The notes under the pieces are model-generated. The model did no database searches and was not told where the DNA came from. It saw nothing but the letters and a program-made list of their open reading frames with translations. Of a stretch of 30,467 nucleotides of DNA, positions 26,847-30,467 are shown one piece after another (the stretch's first letter is position 1; each line of letters begins with the position of its first letter). This stretch comes from a virus (taxonomy: Duplodnaviria; Caudoviricetes). Both the position numbers and the translations under genes were made by a program. Location of the stretch: positions 1-30,467 of the IMG/VR virus record IMGVR_UViG_3300027887_000040; one strand, written 5' to 3'.

Positions 26847-27800
26847 CTAGTAGAACTCGCCCATCCTAGAATCCTTGCTCCGATCCTTCAGATGGCTTTT
26901 CCAGACACGATAGCTCGCGGGGTCGAGATGCTTCAGCTTCTCAAGCGGATCAGACGGACCCGCCACGGAAGCGCCGAAAAACATCGTACAGAACATCTTC
27001 ATGCCGTCCCACGCATGATTGTCCTTGTCCACGATTTCCTCACGGATGTTTCGTTGTTCCTGCATCGTGCCCGACCAATCGGCGTAACGCAAGCGCTCGA
27101 TCTCCCAGATCATCATCGGACACGACTTGAAAATCTGCCACCGGGGTTTCTCGCCGGCCTCCAGGCGCTCACGCTTCCAGAAGTCTCCTGCGATAAGCTC
27201 GGCAACCGTGATGTCGCCGCCTTTCTTTCCGGGGGCAAAGAGGACTTGCTCATCCGCCGGCAGTTCCATGAACAACTGCGCCACGGATTTCACCACGTTG
27301 TCGTTCTGCTGCTGCTGTGTCAGCGCCCAGATGGAAGGATCAGCTATCGGCGGATAAGCCAGTCTGTCGAAGTAAGGACACGCCCGGATTGCGCGGGCAA
27401 TCTCACGATACCCCACGCCACGCTTGTAGAACTCCCAGATGGTGTAAACGTCACGATCGTAGTCGAGCGCATGAACGTGAAAGGCGCTAGGATTCCGATG
27501 CCCGTAGTCGAATGATGCGTACAGAGACCAATCCTCCGGCACCACGAAAGGGTCAACACAGATTGATGATTTGTGCCGCTTGAATTGAGGCAGAACGAGA
27601 TCGCCGCCGGCGGCATCCCAGTCAATCTCCATTTCCTGGCGCCACATCGACGAGTCAATCCCGCCGACGTAACCCCTCTGCTGATCCTCAAACCACTTCC
27701 TTCCGTTCTCTGTGGCTGGGTCTTTCTCCGGATCGGCCGTGTAATGAATGCTCATCACATGAAAGCCGGCCGCAGACGTGTAGTGTTCGATTCCCTTCAC
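26847..27800 (-). CDS. Terminase large subunit, C-terminal nuclease (RNase H-like) part as a separate gene, 317 aa
   Basis: 'IHYTADP...QEMEIDW...ASFDYGHRNPSA...EFY...IADPS...IFKSC....EI..LRY...DKDNHAWDG' carries the TerL nuclease acidic motifs. No Walker motifs. Confidence 0.85.
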   Translation of the reverse strand: MKGIEHYTSAAGFHVMSIHYTADPEKDPATENGRKWFEDQQRGYVGGIDSSMWRQEMEIDWDAAGGDLVLPQFKRHKSSICVDPFVVPEDWSLYASFDYGHRNPSAFHVHALDYDRDVYTIWEFYKRGVGYREIARAIRACPYFDRLAYPPIADPSIWALTQQQQNDNVVKSVAQLFMELPADEQVLFAPGKKGGDITVAELIAGDFWKRERLEAGEKPRWQIFKSCPMMIWEIERLRYADWSGTMQEQRNIREEIVDKDNHAWDGMKMFCTMFFGASVAGPSDPLEKLKHLDPASYRVWKSHLKDRSKDSRMGEFY

Positions 27801-28048
27801 AGCGTAATCTGCCTCTTCGGGGCCTTTGGCTTGATCGTTTTCATCACGTCTTGGGTGTTTTCCCTGAAAATCTCAGCAAAGAGCTTCAGCGGTTCGCCCC
27901 GATACGCATGAAAGGCCCGCTTGGACATGAAATGCTTTCCGTTAGAACACATCGTCCTCAGAAGGCTCGGGTCCGGACGATTGAAGACGGAACTGCCATC
28001 GTTGCAAAGCGGACACATCACAACGAGCATTCCCAATGGGGCCGTCAT
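27797..28048 (-). CDS. Small Cys/His (Zn-ribbon-like) hypothetical protein, 83 aa
   Basis: CPLC...CSNGKH. Coupled on both sides (ATGA and GTGA). Confidence 0.6.
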   Translation of the reverse strand: MTAPLGMLVVMCPLCNDGSSVFNRPDPSLLRTMCSNGKHFMSKRAFHAYRGEPLKLFAEIFRENTQDVMKTIKPKAPKRQITL

Positions 28049-28260
28049 CGTCTTGGAATGTCCATCGTGTTACCCCACCGACGTTCAGTGCCACACATCA
28101 TGCACTGGTAACGGCATTCTGAGAAGGAAAACTGGCCGTCGTGGGTGTAAACCGGCTTCAAACGCACAAACCTGTGCGGCCTGACCGTCCTGCACTTGTC
28201 GCACGCAATCACGCCGTCGTTGTCGAGCGTGATCGTGCTCTCACAGGGAGTCCCATCCAT
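28045..28260 (-). CDS. Small Zn-ribbon hypothetical protein, 71 aa
   Basis: CDKC...H...YQCMMCG..R.WG. AAGGA RBS-like sequence upstream. Confidence 0.6.
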   Translation of the reverse strand: MDGTPCESTITLDNDGVIACDKCRTVRPHRFVRLKPVYTHDGQFSFSECRYQCMMCGTERRWGNTMDIPRR

Positions 28261-28411
28261 TTTCCGGTTCCTTCCAGACGTAAATGATCGGCCACTGTTT
28301 GCCGTACTGCTTCAGGTAACGCCAGACGTTGCCGTTGTCGTCCTGATAAATCACGGCGTTTTCGCCTCTCAAGAGAACTTGGTCCTTGCGGATCTTGATT
28401 TTTGCGCCCAT
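28241..28411 (-). CDS. Small hypothetical protein, 56 aa (MGAKIKIRKDQVLL...GWDSL)
   Basis: Read directly from the sequence because it is below the track cutoff. Protein-like composition, and it fills the gap after the ATPase gene better than the 78-aa alternative frame. Confidence 0.5.
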   Translation of the reverse strand: MGAKIKIRKDQVLLRGENAVIYQDDNGNVWRYLKQYGKQWPIIYVWKEPENGWDSL

Positions 28412-28446
28412 GCCCCGACTCTACACGTTTTTCGGTGGGTTGCAAC

Positions 28447-29142
28447 TCAAAAACGCTGGATCAACTCCCTCATGTACGCACCGGAACGGGCCGACGAGAC
28501 CGCCACGAACTTCCCGCCGCCCTTGATGGACGGCAACGCGGCTTTCCAGGCGGATTCCGCCTCCGGTTGGAAGGCAAATTCGTCATCGAAGATCAGTGAT
28601 GCCGTGTACGACCGGATTTGGTCCCCACCTTCGGGGATTCCCCAGATCAAACTTCCTGTTTTGAACTGCAACTTGCCGTAAGACGGGTTAGGCTTGCACT
28701 GAAGAGGTTCAGGCAGGTTCGATTCCATGAAGGATATGCGGGCAACCGGCCATTCCTTGTTGAACACAAGGTTCGCCGCATCGTCCTCTTTCTTCGACTG
28801 AACAAAAATCAGCCGGTTCTTCCGGTACTTCGCAAACCATAGACAGACCAAACACATCGTCCAAGTAACCATCAACTGGCGGGATTTCTCGACGAGTACG
28901 AGTTGCTCGTTCATCACCGTGTCGATGAGATCCCAGACGTAGGGCTTCTGCTGAGGCGTCGGAAACTGTCGCACCGATAGCTCGTCTTGTCCGTGCTCGT
29001 CCTTCGTGACGACATACTTCGCAAACTGCCGAATGTCCGCAGAGCATTCATCCCTCACTATCGCCCACGTCACTTGATCCAGGGTCCGCTTCTGCGGCTC
29101 CGTCAGGCGGTTCAGGTAGGAGTCTCGCGTCTGCGGTGACAT
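28447..29142 (-). CDS. Terminase large subunit, N-terminal ATPase part as a separate gene (start uncertain; the ORF is open to 29265)
   Basis: Walker A-like 'LVEKSRQLMVTW', 'FVQSKKEDDA', 'GDQIRSYT', Walker B 'LIFDDEFAF' and motif III 'AVSSA'. Stops right after the ATPase domain. Confidence 0.85.
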   Translation of the reverse strand: MSPQTRDSYLNRLTEPQKRTLDQVTWAIVRDECSADIRQFAKYVVTKDEHGQDELSVRQFPTPQQKPYVWDLIDTVMNEQLVLVEKSRQLMVTWTMCLVCLWFAKYRKNRLIFVQSKKEDDAANLVFNKEWPVARISFMESNLPEPLQCKPNPSYGKLQFKTGSLIWGIPEGGDQIRSYTASLIFDDEFAFQPEAESAWKAALPSIKGGGKFVAVSSARSGAYMRELIQRF

Positions 29143-29587
29143 CGAGCGCAGCTTCAGGACCAACTCCCTCGCCCTCTGGAACTCCTCCCCTTCCAAAGAG
29201 AGCGATGGTGATGGAGTTGACCACTCCGGCCGCACCCTGTCTCCCCTGAATCGTCGTAGGCTCATTCCGCAGCAACCTCACCTTGTCGATCATAACCCCC
29301 ACGCCCGTCACAAGCGCAAGATACTTCTCTTTCGACAGGTCTCGCCGGCTGATGTGACGCACAACCCGCCTCGTCTCGATCTCCAGCAGTTCAGACATCT
29401 CCAGGGAGTTGATGTACCGCGCCAACGTGCCGGGATTCACCCCGATCGCTTCGCAGATCGCCTTCCGGCTCATCCCAATCGCCAGCATCCTCGCCACTTC
29501 AGGATTCACGATCAGATCCCGAGTCTGCCACTTGGTTCGGCGCCCCGAGTTGATCCCCTCCTCGAATGCCAGCAAGTCTTCCGTCAT
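29048..29587 (-). CDS. Terminase small subunit (HTH), 179 aa
   Basis: HTH 'VARMLAIGMSRKAICEAIGVNPGTLARY', helical oligomerisation region 'GVMIDKVRLLRNEPT' and an acidic tail, directly upstream of the TerL ATPase gene. GGAGG RBS. Confidence 0.7.
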   Translation of the reverse strand: MTEDLLAFEEGINSGRRTKWQTRDLIVNPEVARMLAIGMSRKAICEAIGVNPGTLARYINSLEMSELLEIETRRVVRHISRRDLSKEKYLALVTGVGVMIDKVRLLRNEPTTIQGRQGAAGVVNSITIALFGRGGVPEGEGVGPEAALDVTADARLLPEPPDGAAEADPGSSDVGDSEG

Positions 29588-29850
29588 GCCCGCCTCCGCG
29601 AAAAGCGTGCATCCACGCCGCCCGGAGTGTCAAGCACTCTCGGTTCATCCACATCCTCAACCGTGAAATCCAACAGCCCCACCAAACTCTTCGCATCCGG
29701 ATGACGCGCTATCAACATCAACGTCACCCCGTACAACCGCGCAAAGTACGGAACCAAATGATCCAACGAACACAATACACGCCCATCGTTGTCGTCAACA
29801 TTTCCCCTCACATACCCAGATTCCTCATCATCCAGCCACTTATGACTCAC
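29584..29850 (-). CDS. Hypothetical protein, 88 aa
   Basis: GTG start with a GGGAG RBS. Stop overlaps the TerS start (ATGA). Confidence 0.5.
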   Translation of the reverse strand: MSHKWLDDEESGYVRGNVDDNDGRVLCSLDHLVPYFARLYGVTLMLIARHPDAKSLVGLLDFTVEDVDEPRVLDTPGGVDARFSRRRA

Positions 29851-30259
29851 GGCTCCCCTTCAGCCACTCCCACATCACTGGTTCAAGCTCCGGTACAAGA
29901 TTGCGGATTGTCTCCATTTTGGCTCTCGCCTCCTCGATCCTCTTGTTGGCGGCGGCGAGTTCTGCGCGGAGATGACGCACTGTTTCCCACAGGCCCGGCT
30001 TGTCGAAACAGGTGCAATCGGCTTCTTGTCCTAAGTCGCAACTGGGACACGGAGGGAATTCACCACTTGGATCTTTCATCTTGTCGAGTTCGGCGCGGAG
30101 CCGCCTAATCTCCTCGTTGCCTTCGATGTGATCGGATTGCCATGCAGCACAGATTACGCGGAGCCGCTCGACCTCAGCAATCAGCCACCGAATGTCACCA
30201 TCCGCTGCAAGCCTCCCCTCCGGTTTGCGCTTGATCTGCTCCAACCTGTCGTCGGTCAT
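29840..30259 (-). CDS. Hypothetical phage protein with repeated 'xRLRAEL' helices and a CxxC...CxC motif, 139 aa
   Basis: Strong AGGAGGAG RBS. 'DIRWLIAEVERLR' is a pattern common in small phage accessory proteins. Confidence 0.65.
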   Translation of the reverse strand: MTDDRLEQIKRKPEGRLAADGDIRWLIAEVERLRVICAAWQSDHIEGNEEIRRLRAELDKMKDPSGEFPPCPSCDLGQEADCTCFDKPGLWETVRHLRAELAAANKRIEEARAKMETIRNLVPELEPVMWEWLKGSRES

Positions 30260-30384
30260 TTCTCCTCCTGAAGGGCGGCTGGCCCTGACTGTGACAGGGC
30301 AGTACGCATCTTTTTGCCATCTAGCAGCCGCCCGGCATGGCCGATGATGGCACCGGATTGGGTCACTGTCGCCCCTTGTGCCAT
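30256..30384 (-). CDS. Possible 42-aa coupled ORF (MAQGATVTQSG...LQEEK) inside the structured element
   Basis: Begins at a TAATG overlap with an upstream stop and ends at an ATGA overlap with the next start. No recognisable motif. Confidence 0.3.
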   Translation of the reverse strand: MAQGATVTQSGAIIGHAGRLLDGKKMRTALSQSGPAALQEEK

Positions 30385-30422
30385 TAGGGGCTAACTACCA
30401 ATCCGCATCGGCCACACTTCAG
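30268..30422 (-). ncRNA. Candidate structured RNA: multi-stem element with loop-bulge (pseudoknot/kissing) complementarity; family not recognised
   Basis: Perfect complementary pairs: 30268-30273/30417-30422, 30274-30281/30325-30332, 30282-30287/30295-30300, 30338-30346/30406-30414, 30354-30361/30398-30405, 30371-30376/30386-30391, plus non-nested 30347-30353/30378-30384. Strand assumed from the operon direction. Confidence 0.55.
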
Positions 30423-30467
30423 AACTCGATCGACACCTTTACCGATTGCTCGCCCACTCCGCAATCC
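30384..30467 (-). CDS. Possible 3' end of an upstream gene (...VLKCGRCGLVVSP*)
   Basis: Frame open from the window edge to TAA at 30384-30386, with a CxxC motif. Confidence 0.35.
   Translation of the reverse strand, partial: GLRSGRAIGKGVDRVLKCGRCGLVVSP

Noticed and set aside
28209-28445. 78-aa track ORF after the ATPase gene
   Set aside because: Arg/Gln-rich shadow-like sequence. The 56-aa ORF at 28241-28411 in another frame is more protein-like.
27801-28446. Group I/II intron or intein interrupting terL
   Set aside because: No homing endonuclease, RT or intein motifs, and no intron core I can recognise. The nuclease half has its own coupled start. Not formally excluded without RT-PCR or an Infernal search.
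80-30108. Numerous plus-strand ORFs, some over 300 aa (e.g. 2227-3135, 3129-4175, 24340-25251)
   Set aside because: They lie antisense to well-supported minus-strand genes, have Arg/His/Val-rich shadow composition and show no motifs. This is expected in GC-rich DNA.
30268-30422. tRNA, intrinsic terminator or HDV-like ribozyme as the explanation for the structured element
   Set aside because: No cloverleaf or T-loop consensus, no U-tract directly after a stem on the coding strand, and no P3/L3 arrangement of HDV-like ribozymes.
1-30467. Stop-codon reassignment
   Set aside because: Genes are full length under the standard code, and TGA, TAA and TAG all occur as real stops at coupled junctions.
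1-30467. CRISPR array, rRNA, integrase or IS element
   Set aside because: No regularly spaced repeats, rRNA-like sequence or recombinase/transposase motifs were seen.

Overview
The window is the late (packaging and virion morphogenesis) region of a tailed dsDNA phage or prophage, probably short-tailed (podovirus-like). Every credible gene is on the minus strand, and most are translationally coupled through ATGA, TGATG or GTGA overlaps. In transcription order (right to left): a strongly base-paired ~155-nt element with a pseudoknot-type pairing; small hypothetical genes; an HTH terminase small subunit; a large terminase split into separate ATPase and nuclease genes with three small ORFs between them; a holin-like protein; a modification cassette (SAM methyltransferase, radical SAM/SPASM enzyme, STELLO/GT75-like protein, three more GT-A glycosyltransferases); portal; a fifth glycosyltransferase; scaffold; major capsid; decoration and adaptor proteins; tail fibre/spike proteins; a tail nozzle; and ejection proteins running off the left edge. 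The best candidates for new biology are (1) a phage-encoded glycan build-and-tailor pathway inside the head operon, most plausibly for virion glycosylation, with a possible S/T-hydrophobic-G/S acceptor motif in the structural proteins, (2) the structured element upstream of the packaging genes, and (3) the split terminase. All calls come from motif recognition by eye and gene context. No database searches or folding computations were run.
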